64,000 bases of DNA, taken from the NCBI GenBank assembly GCA_040393465.1, contig JBEBUC010000009.1, forward strand, positions 10,979 to 74,978. The letters are read 5' to 3'. Source of the stretch: Flavobacterium sp. Lineage in GTDB: Bacteria > Bacteroidota > Bacteroidia > Flavobacteriales > Flavobacteriaceae. Made by a program: the position numbers and the translations under genes. The notes below the pieces were generated by a model. The model saw nothing but the letters and a program-made list of their open reading frames with translations. It was not told where the DNA came from and made no database searches. Shown here piece by piece: positions 28,651 through 39,294 of this stretch. Numbering within the stretch: position 1 is the first letter of the stretch; each line of letters begins with the position of its first letter.

Positions 28651-28860
28651 TTATCTACGCGAAACCCTATATGCTTTTGCATTATTTTCAAGCGCTTTCC
28701 TAGAATTAATAGTTACAGCAGGAGTTGCTGTTGCAGCACTTTGATTGTAATATCCTTCGAATTTCCCTTTGTAATCCACTTCAATACTTAATGAATAATT
28801 AAGAGTAGCCCCATTAATAAGTTTATCACCACCGTCAATTGAACTACAAGTAATACACCC
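28651..28860 (-). pseudogene. Start-less 69-codon open frame, possible C-terminal remnant of a surface lipoprotein gene
   Basis: Manual translation GCITCSSIDGGDKLINGATLNYSLSIEVDYKGKFEGYYNQSAATATPAVTINSRKALENNAKAYRVSRR*; no ATG, in-frame TAG just upstream; composition resembles the C-terminus of the 29268-30647 protein. Confidence 0.35.
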
Positions 28861-29191
28861 CTAAACCTACAACGGAAGATTAATTAATACAGATCACAAA
28901 GACAAGGCACAAAAGGTCCTTGAGACACTTCTGAAGTGACACCAGAAGCGTATATAAACAAAAAACAAGCTAAAAACAACGCAAACAATGCGTAATAAGA
29001 TTTTATGCCATAGAGTAACATGTGCCAGTCTATCAAATATCTAGTAAAACTCACGAAGGAAACGAGATAAAAGGAAACAAACTACCTCTAGCTTTATTAA
29101 TAACAGAATTACCATATTTCACACTGTCTAAAAAACCAAATTATTCTTTTTACCGAAACAACATCACTATACCCTTACACAGTTCTAAAAC

Positions 29192-29222
29192 AAAAAAGGA
29201 GCTGTCTATACAGACAGCTCCT
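29192..29222 (-). terminator. Intrinsic terminator after the Ig-repeat lipoprotein
   Basis: AAAAAAGGAGCTGTCT-ATAC-AGACAGCTCCT hairpin. Confidence 0.85.
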
Positions 29223-29267
29223 AACAATTTATATCTATTCCTAATTAAGAGAAAGTATTCTCACTAA

Positions 29268-30647
29268 TTATTTTTTTGCGAAAGCAGTTTTAACTTTAAC
29301 GATTCCTTTTTGAACTTTCATAGCTTTGTTAGCAGACGTTTTAACACCTCTACCAGCTGTTCTTCCTTGTTCCCACTGAGCTTCAGTGATATCTCCTGTG
29401 AAGTTCACACGAATAGTTTTAGCACTTGGTAAAGTAGCAGAACTAGCAACTACTCCATCAAAATATCTTCCGTGCATACCTCTAATATTGTAGTTAATTA
29501 ACAAATTAGCAGATGGAAGTGGTTCTCCAGTAGTTGGATCATTAGCTGTACTTTCAATTAAAGAACCTGCGTTACTATAGATAGCTATACTAAAAGGAGT
29601 AACATTTGCAGTTGTAGGTAAACCTCCTGTGATTTCACCTGCCTCATTAAAAGTTCCTGGAGTAATAAATGTTTGTTGAATGATGATATCATTTGTTACA
29701 GTTTGTGACAACCAAACAATCATACCAGCATCTGGATCAGCATCTATAACACCTAAAAATTCTTTACTTACTGTATAAGTTGTACTGTTGTAAACAACAG
29801 TTCCTGCACCAACAGCTGGTGCAACTGGTTTAACTGTAAAAGAAATTTCGTTACTAGTTAAAGTATTGAATACAGCTTTAGTTGTATACGTTCCAGCTGG
29901 AGCGTTCAATCTAAGAACACCGTCAGTGAAATCAAATTCTTGTCCACTAATTTGTAATTTTCCATTTACGAAACCACCATTTTGGTCTTTAAGATTGAAA
30001 ACAATTGCAGTTCCAGCCTCAAGATTATTTACATCACCTACAATACTTAAAACAATTGAAGTAACATTAACTGGTGCAGCTTTAACTGTATAAACCAATT
30101 CATTACTAACAGTAGCTCCTTTTTTAGAAGTGAATTTCAATGTTTTCCCAGCATCTTCTGCTTTAGCAACATAGCTGTTTCCAGTTATTGCAGTTCCATT
30201 CAACAATAGTTGAACTCCGTCTGTAGTTGCAGTACCATTAAAAGTATAAGTGAAAGATAAATTATCTCCTACTAATACCTCACCAGCAGCTTTACTACCT
30301 GTCATATTTAAAATATCAACATTCGCAGCTACAACAGTAACTGTAGCAACAGTACTATCAATAAAACCTGCTTTTTTCGCTTGAACTTTATAAGTTCCAA
30401 CTTTGTCAAATTTCTGAGTTAAACCAGAAACTTCTTTTCCATCAATAGATAGTTTTGCATCTGCTTCAGTTTTTCCATCAACTGTTACTGCAAACACAAC
30501 AGACTCACCTACTCTAACAGTTGCTGGAGTTGCGGTTAAAGTTAATTGTTTTTCTGCAACAGGAGGATTACTGTCATCGCTTGAGCTACATGACGTCCCG
30601 AAAGTAGCCAATCCTGCTACTGCCAAAAACATAAATAATTTTTTCAT
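29268..30647 (-). CDS. Surface lipoprotein with three tandem Ig-like repeats
   Basis: Start MKKLFMFLAVAGLATFGTSC (ATG 30647), SSSDDS after the lipidated Cys, three ~80-aa beta-rich repeats, basic C-terminal tail. Confidence 0.75.
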   Translation of the reverse strand: MKKLFMFLAVAGLATFGTSCSSSDDSNPPVAEKQLTLTATPATVRVGESVVFAVTVDGKTEADAKLSIDGKEVSGLTQKFDKVGTYKVQAKKAGFIDSTVATVTVVAANVDILNMTGSKAAGEVLVGDNLSFTYTFNGTATTDGVQLLLNGTAITGNSYVAKAEDAGKTLKFTSKKGATVSNELVYTVKAAPVNVTSIVLSIVGDVNNLEAGTAIVFNLKDQNGGFVNGKLQISGQEFDFTDGVLRLNAPAGTYTTKAVFNTLTSNEISFTVKPVAPAVGAGTVVYNSTTYTVSKEFLGVIDADPDAGMIVWLSQTVTNDIIIQQTFITPGTFNEAGEITGGLPTTANVTPFSIAIYSNAGSLIESTANDPTTGEPLPSANLLINYNIRGMHGRYFDGVVASSATLPSAKTIRVNFTGDITEAQWEQGRTAGRGVKTSANKAMKVQKGIVKVKTAFAKK

Positions 30648-30847
30648 AATTGTTAATTTTAAAATAGTTAATCTGGCGCAAGATATAAATAAATTCAAAG
30701 TAAAAAAATATTAACGTTAATTTTTTTTCAAGATTAAGTTAATTCTCCTTTGCAAATCTGTTTAGAAAACAATAACCACACACTAAATGATGTGTAAATA
30801 AATTTTATTATATTTACCATTAATACACTTATAAACCTCAGTACAGG

Positions 30848-32596
30848 ATGAAAACGCAAGAATACGAAAGCAATCCATTAATTAACAGGCTTCCCGAACA
30901 TCTTAAACAATTCATAAAACCACAACACTACGACGACTATACTGCCATAAACCAAGCGGTATGGCGCTATGTGATGCGGAAAAATGTTAGTTATCTAAGT
31001 AAAGTTGCTCATTCTTCGTATTTGGAAGGATTAAAACAGACCGGTATTTCTATTAATGACATCCCCAATATGTACGGCATGAACCGTATATTAAAAGAAA
31101 TCGGATGGGCTGCCGTTGCAGTCGATGGATTTATTCCTCCTAATGCCTTTATGGAGTTTCAAGCATATAAAGTATTGGTTATCGCATCCGACATTCGTCA
31201 ACTTGAACATATTGAATATACTCCCGCACCAGACATCATCCATGAAGGTGCTGGACACGCCCCTATTATTGCCAATCCAGAATATGCTGAGTACCTCAGA
31301 CGCTTTGGAGAAATTGGATGTAAAGCCATCTCCTCTGCACGAGATTATGAAATGTATGAAGCTATTCGACTCCTTTCTATTTTAAAGGAGGCAGAAGATG
31401 CCGACCCTATCGCTATAGCAGCGGTAGAAAAAAGGGTTGATGATTTACAGTCCAATATGGGCAAGCTTTCCGAAATGGCTCAAATCAGAAATTTACATTG
31501 GTGGACCGTAGAATACGGATTAATAGGAACTTTAGAGAATCCGAAAATTTACGGAGCTGGACTACTGTCTTCCATTGGAGAAAGTGCCTGGTGCATGACC
31601 GATGCCGTAAAAAAATTCCCTTACAATATAGAAGCAGCCCAGCAGAACTTCGATATCACTAAACCACAACCGCAGTTATTCGTAACTCCCGATTTTGCAT
31701 ACCTTAGTATGGTATTGGAAGAGTTTGCCAATAATATGGGAATTCGAAAAGGCGGTATAGAAGGTGCCGAAAAATTAATTGAGTCCAATGCTATCGGAAC
31801 TATGGAGTTAACCACTGGAATTCAAATATCGGGAAAATTTACCAACGTAATCGCATTTGAAGGCAAACCCGTATATGTACAATCAGAAGGCCCAACCGTT
31901 CTTGCTTACAGAGAAAAAGAATTAGTAGGACACGGAAAAGATTATCATGCTGCTGGATATGGAACCGCTATAGGAAACTTAAAAGGAGTGAATTTGGCCA
32001 TTGAAAACATGAGTCCCAAAGACTTAAACGCCTATTCGATTTCTGAAGGAGAAAACGTTACTTTGGAATTTGAAGGTGGCATTCGCGTTTCTGGTGAGAT
32101 CATCACCGGTATGAGAAACCTACACGGCAAAATAATTTTGATCAGTTTTAAAAATTGTACGGTTACTCATCATGACACTATCTTGTTTCAACCGGAATGG
32201 GGTATTTACGATATGGCCATAGGTACACAAATCGTTTCGGCTTATTCCGGCCCAGCCGATTATAACAGTTTTGATTTAATCACTCATGTTCCTTCGTCTA
32301 AAACCATAAAATCCGATAGGACACCTATCAAAATAGCATTGGAACAATTGTATCAACAAGTTCGCGATACTAGAGAATCTAATAAGGCAATCGATTTCCA
32401 AGCCATTCTTAACGATTTAAATCAAAACCATCCATCCGATTGGTTATTAACCTTAGAACTTTTAGAATTAAGTACACTGCAAAAGAATAGCGAAATAATT
32501 GAAAAAACAAAACAACGTTTAGCCGTTTTAGCAACACAGAGACCTGAAATAGCTCACTTGATAAGCAATGGAATCGAATTATTGAGCAGTGAATAG
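30848..32596 (+). CDS. Aromatic amino acid hydroxylase (phenylalanine 4-hydroxylase-like, long form)
   Basis: YTPAPDIIHEGAGH (two Fe His), WWTVEYG (Fe Glu), YGAGLLSSIGE; about 290 aa C-terminal extension. Confidence 0.88.
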   Translation: MKTQEYESNPLINRLPEHLKQFIKPQHYDDYTAINQAVWRYVMRKNVSYLSKVAHSSYLEGLKQTGISINDIPNMYGMNRILKEIGWAAVAVDGFIPPNAFMEFQAYKVLVIASDIRQLEHIEYTPAPDIIHEGAGHAPIIANPEYAEYLRRFGEIGCKAISSARDYEMYEAIRLLSILKEAEDADPIAIAAVEKRVDDLQSNMGKLSEMAQIRNLHWWTVEYGLIGTLENPKIYGAGLLSSIGESAWCMTDAVKKFPYNIEAAQQNFDITKPQPQLFVTPDFAYLSMVLEEFANNMGIRKGGIEGAEKLIESNAIGTMELTTGIQISGKFTNVIAFEGKPVYVQSEGPTVLAYREKELVGHGKDYHAAGYGTAIGNLKGVNLAIENMSPKDLNAYSISEGENVTLEFEGGIRVSGEIITGMRNLHGKIILISFKNCTVTHHDTILFQPEWGIYDMAIGTQIVSAYSGPADYNSFDLITHVPSSKTIKSDRTPIKIALEQLYQQVRDTRESNKAIDFQAILNDLNQNHPSDWLLTLELLELSTLQKNSEIIEKTKQRLAVLATQRPEIAHLISNGIELLSSE

Positions 32597-32601
32597 CGAA
32601 T

Positions 32602-32652
32602 ATTAAATAGCAAAGGCTGTTTCATATTATGAAACAGCCTTTGCTATTTAAT
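32602..32652. terminator. Bidirectional terminator, 25-bp perfect inverted repeat
   Basis: ATTAAATAGCAAAGGCTGTTTCATA-T-TATGAAACAGCCTTTGCTATTTAAT between convergent genes. Confidence 0.85.
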
Positions 32653-32717
32653 GCTTATTATTAATTATCACTAAGTTACGCATACCGATCGAACAGTTCC
32701 CACTAACATCTTATAAA

Positions 32718-33353
32718 CTACAACGCCAATTTAGTATTAAAATCCAATTCGGAGTCAATTATGCTATCTTGATATTCTAATTTCCATCCCAAAGACTGTG
32801 TTACGATTAAAATTTTAGACAATTCTGTTATTAGTCGATTTTGAGCATTGGTTTTTAACGTTGAGCCTGTTATTTTACGAAGTAGGTCTTCTTTTACCTT
32901 AGCATTGATTTTATTGTAGTCTGCTCCTTGAAACGGATTAAACTTACTCTGTTCTACGTCGTACAATTTTATTTCCGGATAAAGCTTTATTTCCTGTTTT
33001 GGTAATTTGGTAATCCGCACCACTTTGTTTATTTCATCGATGTCGTATTCAATCTGACTCATATCATAAGAAACCGTTGCGTCCGCATTAATAATAACTA
33101 CTGCTTTCTTTTTAAAGGACACCAAATCCATCAAGTATTTTTGCTGATCCTCATAAGTCATTACTTGAGAAAACTTAGCTTCCGTTACAATTAATTTACT
33201 TACGTTTTTAAACTGATTCTGAATCAAATCGGAGTTGTACTCCATTTTAGCTTCATCAGCTTTGTTATCGAAATAACGATAAATCATTGCACCGGTTAAC
33301 ATCATCAACAGCACAAAAAAGAAGGTTGTAATTATCCTAAAAATACTTTTCAT
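32718..33353 (-). CDS. DUF4230-type membrane-anchored protein
   Basis: N-terminal TM helix, KLIVTE, KKKAVVIINADATVSYDMS, NAQNRL. Confidence 0.7.
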   Translation of the reverse strand: MKSIFRIITTFFFVLLMMLTGAMIYRYFDNKADEAKMEYNSDLIQNQFKNVSKLIVTEAKFSQVMTYEDQQKYLMDLVSFKKKAVVIINADATVSYDMSQIEYDIDEINKVVRITKLPKQEIKLYPEIKLYDVEQSKFNPFQGADYNKINAKVKEDLLRKITGSTLKTNAQNRLITELSKILIVTQSLGWKLEYQDSIIDSELDFNTKLAL

Positions 33354-33392
33354 ATCTAGTTATTGTTTAAAATCAAGTCGTACTTCACTTTA

Positions 33393-34352
33393 CTACCTAA
33401 AATTCATAAAGGGATATTGATCTAATAAATCGTCTATCTTACTTACCAACTTGTCAAGAAATATGCCGTGTTTTTCAGAAGCGGGATTAAATGACCGATG
33501 ATTAAGCCCTTTTTGAACCTCATCCACTTTTTTCATAATCGGATAAGCTGTTTCCGCTATCATCGTTTGCATCCACTTTTCCCAAATATACTGTATTGCA
33601 ATCGAGTTTGGATGCAGCATATCGGAGGCATAAAAACGATAATCTCTCAATTCATCCATTAGAATTTCATAGGAAGGAAAATAAAAATTTTGTTTTGGAT
33701 GCTCTTCTAAAAATTGATGTAAGGCAGCAATTAAAATCGATTTACTGCGTTGATTTTCGACAAAGCCATCTTTGAGGTGTCGAACTGGTGAAAGGGTATA
33801 AATGATTTCCACTTTCGGATTTAATTCTCTCAGCAACATCGCAATTCGCTGATAACTATCCAGAACCGCTTCGTAAGTTAAAAGTTTTTTATCAAATTGC
33901 TGTTGCGGTAGTTTATGACAATTAGCCACTAAAGCTTGGGTTTGCTTCGATTGATATACCCAAGCGGTACCGAATGTCAAAATAAAATGTGAGGCTTCTC
34001 GTATATCGAACCTTAAATTTGCCAGTGCTGCATTTAAATGATCAATACAGTCGGACTGTTCCAATTGATTTAAATCGGAATGCGCGTCAAAACAGCTCCA
34101 AACACCATCCACACAAAAAACATCTTGTTCTGTAAAAACATAGTCCGACACAGCATATTCCAAAATTCGTTCAATCGCCTTTGGATGAAATAAAATACCA
34201 AAAGGATTCGTGTTAACCTGAAATTGCAACTCCTTAAATTTCTCAGCCATATTAACGGCAAAACAAGAGCCCAAAGAAACGATCTTAGAATGGTAATTGA
34301 TTTTAGCTTGATAGGTAGTTAGCGGTACTTTTGTTAGAAACTCCATATTCAT
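33393..34352 (-). CDS. GSCFA domain protein
   Basis: SLGSCFA motif, TFGTAW, LSPVRH, YFPSYEI, DMLHPN. Confidence 0.88.
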   Translation of the reverse strand: MNMEFLTKVPLTTYQAKINYHSKIVSLGSCFAVNMAEKFKELQFQVNTNPFGILFHPKAIERILEYAVSDYVFTEQDVFCVDGVWSCFDAHSDLNQLEQSDCIDHLNAALANLRFDIREASHFILTFGTAWVYQSKQTQALVANCHKLPQQQFDKKLLTYEAVLDSYQRIAMLLRELNPKVEIIYTLSPVRHLKDGFVENQRSKSILIAALHQFLEEHPKQNFYFPSYEILMDELRDYRFYASDMLHPNSIAIQYIWEKWMQTMIAETAYPIMKKVDEVQKGLNHRSFNPASEKHGIFLDKLVSKIDDLLDQYPFMNFR

Positions 34353-34387
34353 AATGGCTTTAGGTTAATCAGAACGACTTCTTTAAT

Positions 34388-34416
34388 AAAAAAAGATTCT
34401 CTTTCGAGAATCTTTT
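34388..34416 (-). terminator. Intrinsic terminator after alaS
   Basis: AAAAGATTCTC-TTTC-GAGAATCTTTT hairpin with an A-tract (U-tract on the minus strand). Confidence 0.75.
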
Positions 34417-34423
34417 CCTTTCA

Positions 34424-37051
34424 TTATTTAATATATTCCGAAGCTTTTGACAAGGCTTCTGCAATTCCATCTGGATTTTTACCTCCTGCTGTTGCGAAGA
34501 AAGCTTGTCCGCCTCCGCCTCCTTGAATGTATTTACCCAACTCCCGAACAACTTGCCCAGCATTCAGTCCTTTATCTGTAGCCAATTCTTTAGATATATA
34601 ACAGGTCAACATCGGCTTACCATCGGTAACCGTAGCTAATACCAAAAACAAATTGGTTTTGTCTGCTCCTAATTCATAAGCCAAGTCTTTAGCACCATTG
34701 GCATCTAAATCAACTTCTTTTGCCAAGAATTGCACCTCATTTATCGTTTGAATTTCCGAAAGCAATGCTCCTTTTAGTCCCTTTGCCTTTTCACGCAACA
34801 ATTGCTCCAATTGTTTTTTCAATTTGGCATTGTCGTCTTGCAAAGAAACCACCGCTTTTAAAGTGTCTTGCGGATTTTTAAGTGCGTTTTTCACTTCTTT
34901 CAAAGTATCCTCTTGTTCTTTGTAAAAGGTTCTTACCGCTTGGTTCGTAATGGCTTCAATACGACGAATACCCGCAGCTACAGCACCTTCACTTACAATT
35001 TTAAACTGCCAAATGTCTGCTGTATTTTGAACGTGAATTCCGCCACAAAGCTCCATACTCGTTCCAAAACGAATCGCTCTCACTTCATCGCCATATTTCT
35101 CACCAAACAATGCCATTGCGCCTTCTTCAATAGCTTGTGCAAAAGGAATACTTCTGCGCTCCACCAAAGGTAATTGTTCTTGAATGCGATCATTTACAAA
35201 GTCTTCTACCGCTTTTAATTCTTCTTCAGTCAATTTTGCAAAATGTGAAAAGTCAAAACGCAAATAGTTTGGCGACACCAACGAACCCTTTTGCTCTACA
35301 TGCGTTCCCAAGATGGTTCTTAATGCTTGATGCAACAAATGGGTTGCCGAGTGGTTACTCGCACTTTGTTTTCTCGTATCTTCGTTTACTTGTGCTGTAA
35401 AACTTCCCTCCAAATTCTCAGGTAGCTGTTTCGCAAAATGAAGAATTAGATTATTTTCTTTTTTAGTATCTATAATTTCAATGGTTTCATTGGCAGAAAT
35501 CAAGAATCCCTTATCTCCTACCTGTCCTCCACCTTCTGGATAGAATGGCGTTTTATCCAATACCAATTGAAATAGTTTTCCGTCTTTTTTACTATCTACT
35601 TTTCTAAAACGCGTAATTTTCACTTCGTTATTCAATAAGTCGTAACCTACAAAACTTTCAACATTACCCGGAATCAAAACCGTCCAGTCATCGGTAGTTA
35701 CTTCTGAAGCAGCCCTAGAACGACTCTTTTGTTGACTCATGGCCTGTTCAAAACCAGCTTCGTCCAATTCCAATCCGCGCTCTCTTAAAATCAACGCAGT
35801 CAAGTCTATTGGAAAACCAAACGTATCGTATAATTCAAATGCTTTAGCTCCTGAAATCACTTTAGAATCCGACTGAGCAATTACCTGATCCAACAAATGC
35901 AATCCCTGATCTAAGGTTCTTAAAAAAGAAGCTTCTTCTTCCTTAATTACATTCATCACCAAACCTTTTTGAGCCGTTATTTCTGCAAAAACGCTTCCCA
36001 TCTGTGCACTCAAAACATCTACTAATTGATAGATAAAGGGTTCCTTTTTATTTAAAAAAGTAAATGCATAACGAATAGCACGACGTAAAATTCGACGAAT
36101 TACATAACCCGCTCCATTATTAGACGGCAATTGGCCATCGGCAATAGCAAAAGCAACCGCTCGTACGTGATCAGCTATAACTCTAATGGCAATGTTTATT
36201 TTTTCTTCTTCATCGTCCTTAGCCTTAATGGTGTATTTGCCTTGAGTTAGTTGAGAAATCTTCTCAATTAGCGGACTAAACACATCGGTGTCGTAATTCG
36301 ATTGAACACCTTGCAAAACCATACACAAACGTTCGAATCCCATACCGGTATCAACATGTTGCGCCGGTAATTTTTCCAAAGACCCATCTGCTTTACGGTT
36401 AAACTCCATAAATACATTATTCCAAATTTCGACCACTTGTGGGTGATCGGCATTGACTAATTCTTTACCAGAAACAAGGGCTTTCTCTTCTTTAGAACGT
36501 ATATCAACATGTATTTCAGAACACGGTCCGCAAGGCCCTTGCTCTCCCATTTCCCAGAAATTATCCTTTTTGTTTCCCAACAAAATACGATCTTCCGCTA
36601 TAAGCGATTTCCAAATATCATAAGCTTCTTGGTCAAACGGCACATTCTCTTCTACGCTACCTTCAAATACAGTAACATATAAAATGTCTTTAGGAATCTT
36701 ATAAACCTCCGTCAATAATTCCCAAGCCCAATGAATGGCTTCTTTTTTAAAATAATCTCCAAAACTCCAGTTTCCCAGCATTTCGAACATGGTATGGTGG
36801 TAGGTATCAATACCCACTTCCTCTAAATCATTATGTTTTCCTGAAACACGAAGACATTTTTGAGTATCGGCAATTCTTTTGCTTTTTGGTACGGCATTCC
36901 CTAGAAAATATTCTTTAAACTGGGCCATACCCGAATTATTGAACATTAAGGTCGGATCATCTTTTAAGACAATCGGTGCCGATGGAACTATAAGATGCCC
37001 GCGTTCTTCAAAAAAACTTAAAAACTTTTGACGAATTTCTTGTGATTTCAT
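34424..37051 (-). CDS. alaS: Alanine--tRNA ligase
   Basis: [27 protein letters not shown], editing HSATHLL and ELCGG motifs, C-terminal GGGGG. Confidence 0.98.
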   Translation of the reverse strand: MKSQEIRQKFLSFFEERGHLIVPSAPIVLKDDPTLMFNNSGMAQFKEYFLGNAVPKSKRIADTQKCLRVSGKHNDLEEVGIDTYHHTMFEMLGNWSFGDYFKKEAIHWAWELLTEVYKIPKDILYVTVFEGSVEENVPFDQEAYDIWKSLIAEDRILLGNKKDNFWEMGEQGPCGPCSEIHVDIRSKEEKALVSGKELVNADHPQVVEIWNNVFMEFNRKADGSLEKLPAQHVDTGMGFERLCMVLQGVQSNYDTDVFSPLIEKISQLTQGKYTIKAKDDEEEKINIAIRVIADHVRAVAFAIADGQLPSNNGAGYVIRRILRRAIRYAFTFLNKKEPFIYQLVDVLSAQMGSVFAEITAQKGLVMNVIKEEEASFLRTLDQGLHLLDQVIAQSDSKVISGAKAFELYDTFGFPIDLTALILRERGLELDEAGFEQAMSQQKSRSRAASEVTTDDWTVLIPGNVESFVGYDLLNNEVKITRFRKVDSKKDGKLFQLVLDKTPFYPEGGGQVGDKGFLISANETIEIIDTKKENNLILHFAKQLPENLEGSFTAQVNEDTRKQSASNHSATHLLHQALRTILGTHVEQKGSLVSPNYLRFDFSHFAKLTEEELKAVEDFVNDRIQEQLPLVERRSIPFAQAIEEGAMALFGEKYGDEVRAIRFGTSMELCGGIHVQNTADIWQFKIVSEGAVAAGIRRIEAITNQAVRTFYKEQEDTLKEVKNALKNPQDTLKAVVSLQDDNAKLKKQLEQLLREKAKGLKGALLSEIQTINEVQFLAKEVDLDANGAKDLAYELGADKTNLFLVLATVTDGKPMLTCYISKELATDKGLNAGQVVRELGKYIQGGGGGQAFFATAGGKNPDGIAEALSKASEYIK

Positions 37052-37289
37052 ATGTCGTTTTATATGGTTTGTTTAGGTTTCTCTGATATCTTATCCTGTT
37101 TGCTGCCCCAGGGACAAATAATGCTTCTGGAATGATTTCATCTTTTGAAAACCAATAATTTTTTACATTTAAATAATTTAGCCCTAATCAAATTGAGATT
37201 TATTGGCTTTTTTAAATACTTTTGACTGAATTAGATATTAAACTCGTATTAAAATGTATAAATGAAAATGGTATCAACGAAACATTTTC

Positions 37290-37351
37290 TACATTTGTTA
37301 TCTAATCGATTCGCAAGCATAAAATACAATGTATTTTAACATGCAAAAATA
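37290..37351. promoter_or_regulatory. Face-to-face -7 elements (TACATTTG + at 37290-37297; TATTTTTG - at 37344-37351) flanking the palindrome AAAATACA-A-TGTATTTT (37321-37337)
   Basis: Two consensus TAnnTTTG matches on opposite strands and a perfect 8-1-8 dyad between them. Confidence 0.45.
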
Positions 37352-37365
37352 GCATTTTTTAATAT

Positions 37366-38343
37366 ATGTCTAAGGTAAAATATTATTACGATTCCGAAAA
37401 ACTAGCCTATCAAAAAGTTCAACCCAAAAAGCGCAAGCAAATCGGGTTTATTTTGCTATTTATATTCTCTTCAGCTATGTTTGGTTTGTTGGGTATTATT
37501 ATTTTATTGAACACTTCTTTATTTGAAACACCCAAAGACAAAATGCAAGCGCGCGAGATTGAAAATTTTAAAACCAATTACGCGATTCTCAATCGAAAAA
37601 TAGAATTAATCGATCAGGTTTTGAGCGAATTGGAAGTTCGAGACAACTATATATATCGAGCGTATTTTAATACTACACCTATTCCAAGCGAACAAAGACG
37701 TTCGGGTTTTGGCGGATACAACCGTTATAAAGACTTAGAAGGATTTAATAATTCCGAATTGGTGAAAAATACCACCAAAAAAGTAGACCGGATTTTAAAA
37801 CAAACCGCCATTCAATCGCGCTCTTTGGATGATATTATTAACTTAGCCCAAGGTAAGGAAAAACTTTTAGCAGCGATTCCAGCGATTCAACCGATAAAAA
37901 ATGAGGACCTTACTCGAGTGGCTTCCGGTTTTGGATACCGGTCCGACCCCTTTACCAAGATTAAGAAATTTCACGAAGGGATGGATTTTTCCTCCAAACC
38001 GGGTACACCGGTTTACGCCACTGGAGATGGCGAAGTCATCCGAGCTAACAACCAATTATCTGGATATGGCAATCTTATCGAAATCAAACACGGTTTTGGT
38101 TACTTAACTCGATATGCCCATTTGAGTAAATACAATGTTAAGCCGGGTCAAAAGATAAAACGCGGCGATTTAATCGGGTTTGTTGGAAACACAGGCAGAA
38201 GTGAAGCGCCTCATTTACATTACGAGGTTCATTACAATAACGCAGTAATGAACCCGTTGAATTTTTATTACGGTTCTATTTCTGCTAAAGAGTTTGAATT
38301 ACTCTCTCAGGCAGCCAATCACGAAAATCAATCTTTAGACTAA
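37366..38343 (+). CDS. M23 family metallopeptidase
   Basis: HEGMDF (HxxxD), YAHL, HLHYEV; N-terminal TM. Confidence 0.92.
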   Translation: MSKVKYYYDSEKLAYQKVQPKKRKQIGFILLFIFSSAMFGLLGIIILLNTSLFETPKDKMQAREIENFKTNYAILNRKIELIDQVLSELEVRDNYIYRAYFNTTPIPSEQRRSGFGGYNRYKDLEGFNNSELVKNTTKKVDRILKQTAIQSRSLDDIINLAQGKEKLLAAIPAIQPIKNEDLTRVASGFGYRSDPFTKIKKFHEGMDFSSKPGTPVYATGDGEVIRANNQLSGYGNLIEIKHGFGYLTRYAHLSKYNVKPGQKIKRGDLIGFVGNTGRSEAPHLHYEVHYNNAVMNPLNFYYGSISAKEFELLSQAANHENQSLD

Positions 38344-38672
38344 TGCATATAGACTTACCAGAAAAAAGATATTATAGCATAGGCGAATTGGCCAAGGCTT
38401 TTGATGTAAACACCTCTCTGTTGCGATTTTGGGAAAAGGAATTTGATATTCTCAAGCCCAAAAAAAATGCTAAGGGCAATAGAATGTTTACCCCCGAGGA
38501 TGTGAAAAATTTACGTCTCCTTTTTCATTTGATTAAGGAACGTGGGTTTACGCTTGACGGTGCTAAAGACTACATTAAGGCCAAGCCCAAAGAATCTCTC
38601 GACAATTTCGAAATTATTCGTAAATTAGAAGCAATTAAATCAACTTTGATCCATATTAAAAACGAACTTTAA
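38343..38672 (+). CDS. MerR family HTH transcriptional regulator
   Basis: YSIGELAKAFDVNTSLLRFWE...GNRMF; GFTLDGAK. Confidence 0.9.
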   Translation: MHIDLPEKRYYSIGELAKAFDVNTSLLRFWEKEFDILKPKKNAKGNRMFTPEDVKNLRLLFHLIKERGFTLDGAKDYIKAKPKESLDNFEIIRKLEAIKSTLIHIKNEL

Positions 38673-38690
38673 CAAAAAAACAAACTTCCT

Positions 38691-39281
38691 ATGAAAAAGT
38701 GGCTTATCCCCGTAATTATTATTGCTGTCATCGTAATTGGACTATACAGCTGGGCTAAAAGTTTTAACAACACAGCCGTAACCCTTAATGAAAACATTCG
38801 TGAAAGTTGGGGTAATGTAGAAACTGCCTACCAACGCCGAAACGACTTAATCGGAAATTTAGTCAATACGGTAAAAGGTGCTGCTGATTTTGAAAAAAGC
38901 ACTTTAGAAAGTGTTATCCAAGCGCGTTCAGAAGCGACTAAAACGGTTATTGACCCGTCAAACATTACGCCAGAGCAATTAGCTGAATTCAACAAGGCAC
39001 AAAGCGGTGTTTCTTCTGCCTTATCCAGGTTATTGGTTAGTGTAGAAAGATATCCTGACTTAAAAGCAAATCAAAATTTCTTAAAACTACAAGACGAACT
39101 CGCTAGTACAGAAAATCAAATACTTACAGCAAGAACGCGTTTTAACGAAAACGTAAAACCGTATAACAACCACATCAAAACTTTCCCAAATAGCTTGTTT
39201 GCAGGTATCTTTGGATTTAGCGAGAAAGCTTATTTTGAAGCTGTTGCTGGTGCAGAAAAACCAGTAGAAGTAAAATTTTAA
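38691..39281 (+). CDS. lemA: LemA family protein
   Basis: YQRRNDLIGNLV, ERYPDLKANQNFLKLQDELASTENQI, FPNSLFA. Confidence 0.93.
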   Translation: MKKWLIPVIIIAVIVIGLYSWAKSFNNTAVTLNENIRESWGNVETAYQRRNDLIGNLVNTVKGAADFEKSTLESVIQARSEATKTVIDPSNITPEQLAEFNKAQSGVSSALSRLLVSVERYPDLKANQNFLKLQDELASTENQILTARTRFNENVKPYNNHIKTFPNSLFAGIFGFSEKAYFEAVAGAEKPVEVKF

Positions 39282-39294
39282 TTTTAAATTAAAC

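Noticed and set aside
28861-28863. In-frame TAG before the 69-codon frame as possible recoding or readthrough
   Set aside because: Further upstream sequence gives no convincing continuation and no recoding machinery is evident; decay is the simpler explanation.
29022-29267. 81-aa + strand ORF
   Set aside because: Runs through the terminator of the opposite-strand gene, has no motif, and lies in AT-rich spacer sequence.
37298-37342. 14-aa minus-strand ORF MLKYIVFYACESIR as an alaS leader peptide
   Set aside because: Its ATG is 1 nt from the -7 element, so probably upstream of the start site, and it is not Ala-rich.
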